Below, one piece after another: positions 48,434 to 61,322 of a stretch of 64,000 bases of DNA. The position numbers and the translations under genes were made by a program. Source of the stretch: an uncultured Gammaproteobacteria bacterium. Lineage in GTDB: Bacteria > Patescibacteriota > Microgenomatia > Daviesbacterales > UBA10151. How positions within the stretch are numbered: the first letter of the stretch is position 1; every line of letters begins with the position of its first letter. The stretch lies in assembly GCA_964500725.1 (NCBI GenBank), contig CAZCNP010000001.1, positions 766 to 64,765 of the forward strand, read 5' to 3'. The notes below the pieces were generated by a model. The model had not been told where the DNA came from. It saw only the letters and a list, made by a program, of their open reading frames with translations, and searched no databases.

Positions 48434-49342
48434 TTAAATCACTTTTAACCCCTCTAAATATACTCTGGCTCTTTTGGTTTTGCCCAAAATAGAAAAAGCT
48501 ATAACCCTCAAAAGTAATCCAATTATTAAAAATATTTTAACCAAAATATAACTTGATCTGTAATGCTTATTAAAATAATACCTAATTCCTTTTAACTCAT
48601 TTAAAAATGAAGCGCTTAAATCAAAGTTGGTAGAAGCTCCATGCAGGTGAACCACCTCAACTTGGGGGTTATACCAAATCTTATATCCTTTATCCCAAAT
48701 TCTTTTGCACCACTCAACCTCTTCCATATGCATAAAGATATTTTCATCAAACCCCAAAGTTTTATCATAAACTTTTTTCTTCAGTATAAAAAATGCTCCC
48801 ATAATCCAACCAACTTTGTGGGCTTTAGAAAAATATTTTGTATCCTTAGGATGAAAAGCAGGAACTATTTTTTTTATAATAGGCAATAAACTCAGCCCTA
48901 AAATCCAAAATATAATATTTACAGGGTTTGGTAAACTGCCAGCGCTTGGCTGCAAATTACCAGTATGGTAATTAAGTCTGGCACCCAAAACATCACAGTT
49001 TAAATTAACTCTAAAATAGGCCACAGCTTTATATAAACTATTTTCTTCCAAATAAACATCAGAATTTAAAAGAAGAATATATGGAGTTTGGGTTTCTTTC
49101 ATCACAAAATTATTTCCTTTGGAAAATCCTAAATTAGTAGGGGAGACAATAGTTTTTACAAAACGGTAATTGGCTTTTATAAATTGAGCTGAACCATCAG
49201 TGGATGCATTATCTAAAACAATTACTTTAATATTATTTTTTAATTTTTTCTGGCAATACTCTTTAGCAATTTTTAATTTATCTAAACACTTGGCAGTAAT
49301 TTCTTTTGTGTTATAGCTTAATATAATAACTGTTAAATCCAT
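48434..49342 (-). CDS. Glycosyltransferase family 2 (rhamnosyltransferase-like)
   Basis: DNASTDGS, LLNSD, EEVEWC. Confidence 0.9.
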   Translation of the reverse strand: MDLTVIILSYNTKEITAKCLDKLKIAKEYCQKKLKNNIKVIVLDNASTDGSAQFIKANYRFVKTIVSPTNLGFSKGNNFVMKETQTPYILLLNSDVYLEENSLYKAVAYFRVNLNCDVLGARLNYHTGNLQPSAGSLPNPVNIIFWILGLSLLPIIKKIVPAFHPKDTKYFSKAHKVGWIMGAFFILKKKVYDKTLGFDENIFMHMEEVEWCKRIWDKGYKIWYNPQVEVVHLHGASTNFDLSASFLNELKGIRYYFNKHYRSSYILVKIFLIIGLLLRVIAFSILGKTKRARVYLEGLKVI

Positions 49343-50262
49343 TACTTATACCTCATCCCCATCTTTACCCTAAATTTCCTAGAATGTTCTAATAATTTGA
49401 TTCCCCACAACACTAGATCTCTAAAAATTGGGGGGTACTTTTGATAGTAATGCTTCTTATAAAAAATCCTCATAGCAGAAGATGCATGAGATGCCACCAA
49501 TAACTTAGTTGCTTTTTCCACCTGGACTTTTGAAGTTGACCAAAGCCCCGAGGAAGACCCTTTATAATGAATGATCTTTTCGCCAGGATAATAATAGATT
49601 TTCCAGCCTTTTTGTTTCAGGCTATAGCAAAACTCTATATCTTCACCATTCCAAAAATAATCCTTATCCCACCAGCCAATCTGGTCTCCTGCAATTTTTC
49701 TTACCATCAAAAATGCTCCTGTTAAACAGTCAATTTCATGTACAGTATTTATATCCAAATATGATGCAGTATATCCTGCAAAAAAAGGAGAGCGAGGGAA
49801 AACTTTGGCAAGCCCGCTAAAATAAGCTAAGGAATTCCAAGGGGTAGGAAAACCTCTATGGCAAGAATAATCAAGCTTTCCATCAGGCAGCTCTACTCTA
49901 ACAGTTAAAGCTCCAATATCAGGATCAGATTTTAGCCTGTCCAAGGATTTTTGGATAGCTTTACCTACCACTACTGTATCAGGATTTAAAAAAAGTATTA
50001 CTGGAGCTTTGGCAAACTTTACTCCTATATTATTTCCAGCAGCAAATCCAAGATTCTCTTTATTTTCTACCACTTCTACTTGAGGAAATTCCTTTTTTAC
50101 CGCCTCAGCTGAGGAATCAAAAGATGCATTATCCACAACAATAACCTGCCATAAATCTAAATTCCCTTTATTGGCAAAAATAGACTTTAAACAATTTAGC
50201 AAAAGCTCTCTAACGTTATAATTGAGGATAACTATAGAAAGCTCAGGAGATATATCTGCCAT
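49342..50262 (-). CDS. Glycosyltransferase family 2
   Basis: VVDNAS, LNPD, GEDIEFC. Confidence 0.9.
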   Translation of the reverse strand: MADISPELSIVILNYNVRELLLNCLKSIFANKGNLDLWQVIVVDNASFDSSAEAVKKEFPQVEVVENKENLGFAAGNNIGVKFAKAPVILFLNPDTVVVGKAIQKSLDRLKSDPDIGALTVRVELPDGKLDYSCHRGFPTPWNSLAYFSGLAKVFPRSPFFAGYTASYLDINTVHEIDCLTGAFLMVRKIAGDQIGWWDKDYFWNGEDIEFCYSLKQKGWKIYYYPGEKIIHYKGSSSGLWSTSKVQVEKATKLLVASHASSAMRIFYKKHYYQKYPPIFRDLVLWGIKLLEHSRKFRVKMGMRYK

Positions 50263-50368
50263 GTGTTGATATTGTATAACAATCTGTGCTTAACCTCAAA
50301 AACTAAGTAAATAGTTAGAATCTAAAGTGCGAACGCTTTTTTGCGGCCAAACGAGCCACATTAAAGCA

Positions 50369-50779
50369 CTATCTAACCCTATGTCTTCTCTTTACCTTAA
50401 GCTGTGCTAAAGATTTTTCCAAGTTTGCTAAGGTTTCTGCATATTCTTCATCAGACAAAGTTTGCTCCAAAGCAGCCTGCGCTCTTTTTCTTGCTTCTTC
50501 TACCTCTTTCTCATCAATATCTGTTTCATATGTTGCCAAGTCAGTCATAACAGTTAAAATATTATCAGTAACTTGCAAAAACCCATCTCCAATTGCTAAA
50601 CAATCTTCTTTTGATCCCTTTTTAATTATTAACTGTCCTGGAGCCAGCTTTGCCATCAAATTAGCATGATTGGGGAGTATTCCTATCTCTCCATCAACTG
50701 TAGAAACATTAACCTGGGAAACCTCCTCATCAATTAATAATTTTTCAGGAGTAACAACTTTTAAATGCAACTGAGTCAT
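50369..50779 (-). CDS. atpC: ATP synthase epsilon
   Basis: VVTPEK, GEIGILPNHA. Confidence 0.94.
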   Translation of the reverse strand: MTQLHLKVVTPEKLLIDEEVSQVNVSTVDGEIGILPNHANLMAKLAPGQLIIKKGSKEDCLAIGDGFLQVTDNILTVMTDLATYETDIDEKEVEEARKRAQAALEQTLSDEEYAETLANLEKSLAQLKVKRRHRVR

Positions 50780-51105
50780 AAATAAATTATATCATCTACT
50801 CTAAATCTTAATCCATCTTGGGCAAGCTCAGTGTAGCGTCTAAAAGGATTTATTCTAACTGCTTGCTCGTTGTGATTACCGTTTAATCTATAATGCTTCC
50901 CACCCAAGGCTTTCATTCTCTCAGCTAACCAATTACCAATTCCTAACCCCCCTCTTTCTGCTTCCTCTTTTAGCTCATAAGGGTAAAGTGCAGACTTTAA
51001 TTCTCCTGCCATCCATAAATCAGCATATCCACAACCTCCGTGGTCTGCGCTATGTGTACCAGGTGCTGCTCTACATCTTTGGATTAAAGCCTGTATATAC
51101 TTCGT
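50776..51105 (-). pseudogene. Truncated carbonic-anhydrase-like (CDCA-like) remnant
   Basis: In-frame extension THSADHGGCGYA and LNGNHNEQAVRIN; upstream in-frame TGA, no start. Confidence 0.4.
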
Positions 51106-51220
51106 ATTTCACATATCTTTAAAAAAATCCGGCCATGTAGGCCGAATTGATTAAATTGATTAAGCTAATAGTGTACCAAATCTGGCCAAAAAAGCAAAAA
51201 TAGTGTAATATTTTAAAATT

Positions 51221-51586
51221 ATGTCAGATCATAATTGTGAAGCAGTCATAGTAACTTGTATTGACTTCAGATTTCAAGAATATATAAATAATTGGATTTC
51301 AGAAAACGTCACCCCAAAATCTTTTGATAGGGTAGCTTTAGCTGGGGGAGTATTTGATTTTGGTTATGTCTTAAAACAAGTTGAAATCTCCAAAAGGCTG
51401 CATCATATTAAAAAAGTAATCCTAGTAAACCATGAGGACTGTGGAGCATATGGAGAGTCAGGGACAGCCCAAAAACATGCAGAGGATTTAAAAGATGCTG
51501 CTTCCAAAATCAAACAGCAATACCCAGACTTGGAAGTAGATTTATACTACCTCCACCTAGATGGCACTTTTGAACCAATTACCTAA
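51221..51586 (+). CDS. Putative beta-type carbonic anhydrase
   Basis: CIDFR, HEDCGAY. Confidence 0.75.
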   Translation: MSDHNCEAVIVTCIDFRFQEYINNWISENVTPKSFDRVALAGGVFDFGYVLKQVEISKRLHHIKKVILVNHEDCGAYGESGTAQKHAEDLKDAASKIKQQYPDLEVDLYYLHLDGTFEPIT

Positions 51587-51641
51587 ACCTTAGTAACTAA
51601 TCTTACAGAAAAATCTTCAGGCTATAGCTATTATATTAATA

Positions 51642-52034
51642 ATGATAAAAGGAATCGAAAGCATTATTTTATTTTCTGAAGATGCTAAAGCTTTGGCAGA
51701 GTTTTATCAGGAAAAAGTGGGGCTTAAACTGACAACAGAAGCAGAAGTAGGGGAGGAAGGAGAAAGTTTGTATGGCTTTGAATTTGGTAGTGATAAACCT
51801 GCTTTATATATAATGAATCACTCAGAAGTAGAAGATGAAAATGAGGAGCCCGAAAGAATAATTTTTAATTTAGAAGTTGATGATATAGAGGAAGAAGCTA
51901 AAAAATTAGATGAGGCTGGAGTTAAAAAGATTGCTGATACTTATCATGTGCAGAATTACGGTCTGATTGCTACATTTGAAGATTTAGATGGCAACTACTT
52001 CCAACTCGTCCAAATCCGCTCCAGCGAAGCCTAA
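51642..52034 (+). CDS. VOC/glyoxalase family protein
   Basis: FYQEKVGL, FEDLDGNYFQL. Confidence 0.85.
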   Translation: MIKGIESIILFSEDAKALAEFYQEKVGLKLTTEAEVGEEGESLYGFEFGSDKPALYIMNHSEVEDENEEPERIIFNLEVDDIEEEAKKLDEAGVKKIADTYHVQNYGLIATFEDLDGNYFQLVQIRSSEA

Positions 52035-54282
<2,248 letters not shown>

Positions 54283-54290
54283 ATCTTGAA

Positions 54291-54411
54291 AATTTCTAAT
54301 TTCTAAGTACTAATTTCTAATCAATTTCTAATGACTTAATATCTAATTTAGAAATTTAGTCATTATGTCATTCTTTAGGTTAATTAGGTCAATTAGAAAT
54401 TAGGTTAATTA
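54291..54411 (-). mobile_element. ORF-less derivative of the four-helix cassette in the atpA-atpG spacer
   Basis: 19-bp, 12-bp and 23/24-bp matches to the cassette ends at 39542-39975. Confidence 0.7.
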
Positions 54412-55929
54412 TTTTTTTCCTCCTTTTACTTCTTTGTTTCCTTTCATAAACATACTTACAAACTCTTTAGTAGTCTTCTCCAAATTCTTAATCATCCCTT
54501 CATCTAATATCTTTTTATCTGCTATTTCAGCAAGCAGCTTCTTTTCCCTTAACTTAAGAAGAGCTAAATATTTTTCCTCAAACTCTTTGACCTTGGAAAC
54601 TTCTATCTCATCCATATATCCATTAGTTACTGCCCACAAAGCAACTACTTGCTCTTCAACTGGGACAGGAGAGTAGGGAGGTTGTTTTAACACCTCAGTA
54701 ATCCTTCTGCCTCTTTCTATTTGAGCTCTGGTTTGTGGGTCTAAATCAGAGGCAAATTGGGCAAAAGCCTGCAACGCTCTAAATTGAGCCAAATCCAGCT
54801 TTAATCTTCCAGCCACGCTTTTCATAGCTTTGGTTTGAGCATCTCCACCAACCCTGGAAACAGAAATACCCACATTTAAGGCTGGCCTAACCCCTGCAAA
54901 AAACAAATCTGGCTCCAAATAAATTTGTCCATCAGTAATAGAAATAACATTAGTAGGAATATAAGCAGACACATCAGAAGCTTGAGTTTCAATTACTGGC
55001 AAAGCAGTGAGTGACCCGCCACCATATTCTTTATTCAACTTAGCAGCTCTTTCTAGTAACCTGGAATGAAGGTAAAAAACATCTCCAGGGTAAGCTTCTC
55101 TTCCAGAAGGTCTTCTTAAAAGCAGAGACATTTGCCTATATGCCCAGGCATGTTTAGATAAATCATCATAAATAATCAAAGCATCTTTTCCAGCATCCAT
55201 AAAATATTCACCCATTGCTACCCCGGAGTAAGGAGCAAGATACTGCATTGTTGCAGAATCAGAAGCAGAGGCAGAAACTACAATAGTATGTTCCATTGCT
55301 CCAGCTTCTTCAAGCTTTGCAACCAGCTGGACAACTTTGGAAGTTTTCTGGCCAATAGCCACATAAATACAAATCACATCTTTTTGATTAATAATGGTGT
55401 CTATGGCAATAGTAGTTTTTCCTGTACCTCTATCACCAATAATTAACTCTCTCTGACCCCTACCAATAGGGATTAAAGCATCAATTGCTTTGATTCCTGT
55501 TTGCAGGGGAGTATTAACTTTTTGTCTGGTAATAACCCCTGAGGCAATTTTCTCAACAGGGTAACTTGTTTTTGTTTTAATTGGACCTTTTCCATCAATT
55601 GGGTTACCCAAAGCGTCAACCACTCTGCCAATTAAAGCCTCACCAACAGGCACTTGTAGAACTTGTCCTGTAGTTTCAACCGTATCTCCTTCTTTTATCT
55701 TGGTAAAATCTCCAAAAATAACAGCGCCAACTCCATATTCTTCTAAGTTCAAAGCCAGCCCAGTAACTCCTTTTCCAAAATCAATCAGCTCTGAGTACTG
55801 AACATCAGACAAACCCTCAATTCTGGCAACACCATCACCAATTTCTGTAACAGTTCCAGTATTTTGCCTTTGGGCTTTTAATTTCAGGCCCTGTATATCT
55901 TTTTCAATTTGTGCAATTAGATCAGCCAC
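54409..55929 (-). CDS. atpA: ATP synthase alpha
   Basis: [26 protein letters not shown]. Confidence 0.98.
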   Translation of the reverse strand: MADLIAQIEKDIQGLKLKAQRQNTGTVTEIGDGVARIEGLSDVQYSELIDFGKGVTGLALNLEEYGVGAVIFGDFTKIKEGDTVETTGQVLQVPVGEALIGRVVDALGNPIDGKGPIKTKTSYPVEKIASGVITRQKVNTPLQTGIKAIDALIPIGRGQRELIIGDRGTGKTTIAIDTIINQKDVICIYVAIGQKTSKVVQLVAKLEEAGAMEHTIVVSASASDSATMQYLAPYSGVAMGEYFMDAGKDALIIYDDLSKHAWAYRQMSLLLRRPSGREAYPGDVFYLHSRLLERAAKLNKEYGGGSLTALPVIETQASDVSAYIPTNVISITDGQIYLEPDLFFAGVRPALNVGISVSRVGGDAQTKAMKSVAGRLKLDLAQFRALQAFAQFASDLDPQTRAQIERGRRITEVLKQPPYSPVPVEEQVVALWAVTNGYMDEIEVSKVKEFEEKYLALLKLREKKLLAEIADKKILDEGMIKNLEKTTKEFVSMFMKGNKEVKGGKK

Positions 55930-56317
55930 GGATAGCCTCCTTTACCTGGTCAATCTTCCCTCTTACTGACTCATCCCAAGTCTCATCACCAATTTTTAAT
56001 TTAAATCCACCTAAAATTTCTGGATTGATGCTAACTAAAACTTTTGTTATTTTAACCTTTTTTTCAATAATTTTCTTGGCCCTTTTTACCTGAGAGGTAG
56101 ACAAGGGGATAGATGTTTCTATATACATAGTATGTTCTCTTTCTGTCCTTTTTAATCCTTTTAAATATTCAGACAAAGCAAAAATAGATTGGGATGTTGG
56201 TAAGGATTTGAGGATTTTAATAGTTTTGACTACCTCTTTCTCAATAAGTCTGCCATCTATAAAACTAGACTCAGTCAGCTTATGTATTATTTTTAACAAC
56301 TGTTTATCCTTTTTCAT
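55922..56317 (-). CDS. atpH: ATP synthase delta (short)
   Basis: [20 protein letters not shown]. Confidence 0.88.
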   Translation of the reverse strand: MKKDKQLLKIIHKLTESSFIDGRLIEKEVVKTIKILKSLPTSQSIFALSEYLKGLKRTEREHTMYIETSIPLSTSQVKRAKKIIEKKVKITKVLVSINPEILGGFKLKIGDETWDESVRGKIDQVKEAIRG

Positions 56318-56320
56318 ACT

Positions 56321-56811
56321 TTATGATAGGTTTTTCATACCCTTTTCTATTATATCTTTCTGATTTTTGTTTAGTATTTTGCCTGTTACTTTTTCCATTC
56401 CTGCAGCCACTACCTCTGCCACTCTGGCCATAACTTGTTGCTCCAATTGTTCAGCCCGAGCTATAGCTGCTTCTTCGCCTTTTTTAATAATCTGTTCTGC
56501 CTGCTGCTGGGCTGTTTGCTGCATTTCCTGTTTGAAAGCTTCCATTTCCTTCTTAGTTTCTTCTGCTATTTTTTGAGCATCTTTGGCAGCTTTTGCTAAA
56601 ACTCTATCTTTTTCTTCCTCTGTTTCTAAAAGTCTTTTTTCAATCTTTTCAGCATTGGTTAAACTCTCTTCAATCTTTTGCTTTCTTTCCTGCAAAACCT
56701 TAAGCAAAGGTTTATACATAAACTTTTTTAAGATAAAAAGCAGGACTAGAAAATTAACCACTTGCGCAGCCAAAAGTATTGGGTTAACCCCAAATTGGTT
56801 TAAGATTTCCA

Positions 56812-56812
<1 letters not shown>
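56321..56812 (-). CDS. atpF: ATP synthase b
   Basis: QVVNFLVLLFILKKFMYKP. Confidence 0.93.
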
Positions 56813-57030
<218 letters not shown>

Positions 57031-57753
57031 TTAATGTTGCTCGCCATGCTTTTCTGATAATAACACCATAAAAGCTAGTGTTAACATCATAAAAACAGCA
57101 GCCTGTACAAATCCTACAATAATTTCCAAAAAATAAAAAGGGAGGGGTACTATAAAGGCAACAAGCGAAGACACTGTTGATAGTACTACCTCACCTGCAA
57201 ATATATTACCAAAAAGCCTGAAAGAAAGCGAGACTATTTTTGTTACCTCTCCAACAAGCTCCAAGATTCCCACAAATAAAAATATTGGATTTAGGGTAAA
57301 CCATTTTTTTAAATAATCAACAATCCCTAAATAGTAAATAGCAAAGGCATGTGTTAAAAATGCAGAGGTTAAAGCCAGTGCCAAAGTCATGTTTAAATCA
57401 GAGTTCATAGAGCGGAGTAGTGGTTCTTTATGGTAAGTAATGGTGGCAAACCCTGGTAAAAGTCCTATCCAGTTAGAAAAAAGAATAAAGAAAAAAAAGG
57501 TCATCACAATTGGAAAAAAGACTTTAGCTTTTTTGTCTCCAGCTAACCCCTCAACTGTGGTGTATCCAAAATCAATTATCATTTCAAATAAATTTTGCAG
57601 TCCTTGTGGAACTAAAGTTACTTTTTTAGTTGCAAGAAAAGTAATAAATATAATCACAGCCATAGTAATCCAACTAACCAAAAGAGTGTTGGTAATAGGG
57701 AAGCTATTAAAAAAACCCAGTACCTCGGGTTTCAAAACTATAGTATTTTCCAT
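57031..57753 (-). CDS. atpB: ATP synthase a
   Basis: SLSFRLFGNIFAGE, QAAVF. Confidence 0.95.
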   Translation of the reverse strand: MENTIVLKPEVLGFFNSFPITNTLLVSWITMAVIIFITFLATKKVTLVPQGLQNLFEMIIDFGYTTVEGLAGDKKAKVFFPIVMTFFFFILFSNWIGLLPGFATITYHKEPLLRSMNSDLNMTLALALTSAFLTHAFAIYYLGIVDYLKKWFTLNPIFLFVGILELVGEVTKIVSLSFRLFGNIFAGEVVLSTVSSLVAFIVPLPFYFLEIIVGFVQAAVFMMLTLAFMVLLSEKHGEQH

Positions 57754-57805
57754 GTTATATATTGTGCCTGAATTCCAATTATTTTACAAGAAGCTTTTTC
57801 CTACA

Positions 57806-57826
57806 TTCCCACATCGGATGTAGGAA
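57806..57826. repeat. REP-like palindrome downstream of RAYT
   Basis: TTCCCACATCGGATGTAGGAA. Confidence 0.8.
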
Positions 57827-57832
57827 TACGAA

Positions 57833-58480
57833 TTAATCTTCACCATCAATTAGTAATCCAAACAGTGCAGGATCATAAACTTCAGTTTCCTCAACAAAAG
57901 ACTGATAATCTAAATTGGGATTAGTTTTGGAAAAAAATGAATTAATAAAACCAGTATCACAAAAAGGATGCTGTTTTCCAGATAAATAATATGAATAAGA
58001 GGAATAGGGGTAATGTCTACGTTCCCACATCGGAAGTGGGAAGCTGTTTCTATGTATATATTTTGATAGGTGAAGAAGGTATTCTTCTGTCTCAACTAAC
58101 TTGGCTTTAAAACTGCCTTGAAATAAAGAACCAACTCTATCATGTTTAGTATTAAAGTATCTTGTGTAACTATCTGCTAATCTCCTTAAGAATTCTGATA
58201 TACCACCATCAGATATTTGCTGGACTAACAGGTGAAAATGGTTTGGCATCAAACAATAACAATATATTCTAACCAATTCTGTTTGATTCTCTATTTTTTT
58301 GAGTTTTATTACACCTCTTCTAAAATCTGAAAGTTTCATAGGTACAGGATATTTGCGGTAAAAATCCAAAGTTTCTAAAAACCTCAAATGATCTCTTCTA
58401 TCCATAAAGGTTTTTCTTTTTTCAACACCGCGGTTATAAATATGATAAAAACTGCCACTTACAAATGGGGGATTAACCAC
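57833..58480 (-). CDS. REP-associated tyrosine (Y1/HUH) transposase, RAYT-like (likely GTG start)
   Basis: YHIYNRG, YCLMPNHFHLL, YTRYFN..GSLFQGSF, YIHRN, YSSY. Confidence 0.88.
   Translation of the reverse strand: MVNPPFVSGSFYHIYNRGVEKRKTFMDRRDHLRFLETLDFYRKYPVPMKLSDFRRGVIKLKKIENQTELVRIYCYCLMPNHFHLLVQQISDGGISEFLRRLADSYTRYFNTKHDRVGSLFQGSFKAKLVETEEYLLHLSKYIHRNSFPLPMWERRHYPYSSYSYYLSGKQHPFCDTGFINSFFSKTNPNLDYQSFVEETEVYDPALFGLLIDGED
58022..58042. repeat. REP-like palindrome inside RAYT
   Basis: TTCCCACATCGGAAGTGGGAA. Confidence 0.85.
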
Positions 58481-58502
58481 AAACTTATTCTCTACATTCG
58501 TG

Positions 58503-58523
58503 TTCCCACATGTCAAGTGGGAA
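58503..58523. repeat. REP-like palindrome upstream of RAYT
   Basis: TTCCCACATGTCAAGTGGGAA. Confidence 0.8.
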
Positions 58524-58524
58524 T

Positions 58525-59010
58525 TCAACTGGAAGAAACTAGTGCTTTTTCCCATATCTCTTGGTTACGAGATAAGAAAAACTTATGATCAGAATAACCA
58601 TCCCTCCTTAATTGTTCTCTGGTATAAGGCTGGTGACCTGATCTTTGCATCTCTTGTAAAATAGCTCCTCTCTGATCTGGGGTAGCTCCATCAAATCTAA
58701 TCTTTCTCCAAAATCTAACACTCCAATGCATAGCATCTACTGGAGTAACTAAACCTCTGGAGCGTGGAATGTTGACCATTGCATGGTTTATCAACAATTT
58801 GGCATCTACTTCGCTTCTTGCCAACGGATCAATTCCACCAATACGCACCCCCCAATCGCGACCCAAATACCTTTCAATATTTTCAATAGCACCAAAATAT
58901 CTCCGTCTCTCCCATACAGATTCTGCGTTAGGATCAAATCTACCTTCGCCCCTTCCGTCTTGAGGACATAAACCAAAATATAAATATAACTCAGCGTAAG
59001 CTTCTGGCAT
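58525..59010 (-). CDS. Hypothetical protein
   Basis: 161-aa ORF. Confidence 0.55.
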   Translation of the reverse strand: MPEAYAELYLYFGLCPQDGRGEGRFDPNAESVWERRRYFGAIENIERYLGRDWGVRIGGIDPLARSEVDAKLLINHAMVNIPRSRGLVTPVDAMHWSVRFWRKIRFDGATPDQRGAILQEMQRSGHQPYTREQLRRDGYSDHKFFLSRNQEIWEKALVSSS

Positions 59011-59131
59011 ATACTATAGGGAAGTATATCACAGTGGAACAATAGCTTACTTAGTCTAATTTTTCCCTTTGATTCCTTAGGAAAAGAAACCACTGTTCAA
59101 AGAAGGCAAATATGCCTTTTATCTTGCTATA

Positions 59132-59476
59132 ATGAATCTTACTATGAAACTTCCCAATGGCAATAATGCTTTAGTTTCCAAAGAGAAGTTGACTGGTTAT
59201 CTTCTTTCAGAAACCCATGCAGTAGGTAAGGCGAAGGCTAAGTTCTTTCGTAAATTAGGGTTTAATGAATCCAATGTCAATAAGTTTGAGAAATCATTGC
59301 TAAATATTGCAAAGAGAAACGAAATAAAAAATGTTAAGGAATTCACATATGGTATTAATTATGTCTTAGAAGGGAAAATTAAAACTCCAAGTAGAAAAAT
59401 AATAACTCTAGTGACAGTCTGGTTTACTAAAACAAAAGGAGGAAGACCTAGTTTTGTAACAGCATATCCTGTATAA
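59132..59476 (+). CDS. DUF6883-like putative toxin/nuclease
   Basis: KL..YLL..H..G..KA.FF..LGF, TVW..P.FVTAYP. Confidence 0.7.
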   Translation: MNLTMKLPNGNNALVSKEKLTGYLLSETHAVGKAKAKFFRKLGFNESNVNKFEKSLLNIAKRNEIKNVKEFTYGINYVLEGKIKTPSRKIITLVTVWFTKTKGGRPSFVTAYPV

Positions 59477-59494
59477 TACATAAGGGATAAATTT

Positions 59495-59731
59495 ATGCAC
59501 AAATTTAAGAATTTAGAAACAGTTATATTAACTCATGATATTAAAAAATACGGTCTCTGCAAAGGAGACATGGGAGCTGTTGTAAATGTGTACGAAGATG
59601 GCAAAGCAGCAGAAGTAGAATTTGTGACTGCTGCCGGTAAAACCGCAGCGCTAGTTACTCTAACTTCTGATGATGTTCGCGACATCAAACAAAACGATAT
59701 ACTTCATGTCAGAGGCTTTGCTGCAGTATAA
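59495..59731 (+). CDS. DUF4926-like protein (putative partner)
   Basis: GLCKGDMGAVV..AEVEFV..GKT. Confidence 0.75.
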   Translation: MHKFKNLETVILTHDIKKYGLCKGDMGAVVNVYEDGKAAEVEFVTAAGKTAALVTLTSDDVRDIKQNDILHVRGFAAV

Positions 59732-59744
59732 TTCTTATATCTAC

Positions 59745-61316
59745 TTAGTCTAATTTTTCCCTTTGATTCCTTAGGAAAAGAAACCACTGTTCAAAGAAGG
59801 CAAAGATGCCTTTAAATGGAGTCTCAATAATAAAATCAAAGATAAATAGAAGAATATTTATCTGGGAAATTGCTAAGGTTAACCTGCTTCCTATTTGAAT
59901 AAAAGGCATAAAGAAAAAGTCCATTACTACTGAGCTTATTCTTTCCCTTTTTTCTTTCATCACATACATATTGGCTGTTCTATTAATCCTAAAACTGACA
60001 AAAGAAACTATTGCCAGGAAGAACAAAAATATCCCCTGGGATAGAGGATTAATCCCTACTTTAGTTAAAACAAAAACAATTGACCCAAGACTAATACCAA
60101 AAGCAGTTAGCCACATCAGTATAAACAAACTCCACATCAAGGGATCAGTTTTGCTTGGTTTTTTCTTTACTGTCAAAGGCTGGTCCAAAGCTGGAGGATC
60201 ATCATACAAAATAGTATTTATTTTCTTTAAAATCTTAAATGAATTTTCCCTTGTTGGAGTTTTAATTAAAAACCCTACTAAAATCATCAAGGCTGGAGGA
60301 GTTAAGGTATTTAAAACTATAGAAGGCCAAAGTATCCTGCCATACAAAATCCTTTCAAATGTTCCTTCCACAAAAAGGGCAAACACAGCCTTTGTACAAA
60401 ATATAAAAATAACACTTCTAACAATTGCTCTGTTAACTTTGCTTCTGATAGCTTTATAGCGCGCATTACAAGCTGCTAAAATTTCTGAATTTAGACGATC
60501 TTCGTCTAAAACTAAAGCTGCAGTTTTACCCCGATACTTTCTGAAAACATCATCCAAAATTAAAAAGGGGACTGACTGATTCTTAATATAAGTATATATT
60601 TTGTCTTTAGCTGGATATTTAAAATGATCCTCAAATTGCTTATAAGCATCCGCAAAACCTTCTGCCACTTTTTCTAAATTCTCACTATTTAAATGCCCAA
60701 AGTATTGTTTAAAAAGGTGATAGCGTAAAAATGCCAAATCATCGTTGGCATATGCCCGCCTCACAGCAATAAAAGTCTGGATATTCTTTACCTCATCAGT
60801 ATCATCAGCAATTGTTATTCTATCTTTGAAGATATTAAAGATAAAATTACTCATAACATCTTTGGGATCATTGGGTTTTAAAATATGCTCAATCTCAGAA
60901 GATACAAGGTGCATAATCCATTCATTTACTGCTCCTTTACCAATGCGGTGCTTCTGGTTAACTTTTCGTTCTAACTCCAAGTATAAATCTAGGGCATGTG
61001 AAACTTGAGCTACCTGAGATTCAGCTATAGTAAAATCAGGAAAATATCTTGCCCAAACAAGTTCGCGAATTAAAGGGGTAGCAACAGTTTTACCTTCTCC
61101 TCCTAGTATTAATCTTCTTTTTAATATTCGCTCAATGGCAGCCCGGAGAATTACCTCTTCAGCTCTATAATCCATTGCAGTTCTAAATTTTTCATACCAG
61201 GTAGCAAGCTCAGCCACCACAGGGTTAACAGAAATAGTCCTATCATGGTTTTGGGCAGAATTTTTATCATATGCTGCAGTTAATGCCTGAGAAAGCCTGT
61301 TTAAGTTTTTAGACAT
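59745..61316 (-). CDS. Conserved membrane protein
   Basis: YEKFRTAMDY..LRAAIERILKR, C-terminal TMs. Confidence 0.75.
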   Translation of the reverse strand: MSKNLNRLSQALTAAYDKNSAQNHDRTISVNPVVAELATWYEKFRTAMDYRAEEVILRAAIERILKRRLILGGEGKTVATPLIRELVWARYFPDFTIAESQVAQVSHALDLYLELERKVNQKHRIGKGAVNEWIMHLVSSEIEHILKPNDPKDVMSNFIFNIFKDRITIADDTDEVKNIQTFIAVRRAYANDDLAFLRYHLFKQYFGHLNSENLEKVAEGFADAYKQFEDHFKYPAKDKIYTYIKNQSVPFLILDDVFRKYRGKTAALVLDEDRLNSEILAACNARYKAIRSKVNRAIVRSVIFIFCTKAVFALFVEGTFERILYGRILWPSIVLNTLTPPALMILVGFLIKTPTRENSFKILKKINTILYDDPPALDQPLTVKKKPSKTDPLMWSLFILMWLTAFGISLGSIVFVLTKVGINPLSQGIFLFFLAIVSFVSFRINRTANMYVMKEKRERISSVVMDFFFMPFIQIGSRLTLAISQINILLFIFDFIIETPFKGIFAFFEQWFLFLRNQREKLD

Positions 61317-61322
61317 AAATTC

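Larger units (their letters stand above)
59048..59813. mobile_element. Islet bounded by 72-bp direct repeats (59048-59119 / 59742-59813)
   Basis: 71/72 identity; repeat equals the 3' end of gene 59745-61316. Confidence 0.8.

Noticed and set aside
54291-54411. CRISPR array
   Set aside because: Degenerate 7-8-mers without unique spacers; no cas genes
58806-59093. 95-aa ORF
   Set aside because: Starts in the duplicated repeat and overlaps the 161-aa ORF out of frame
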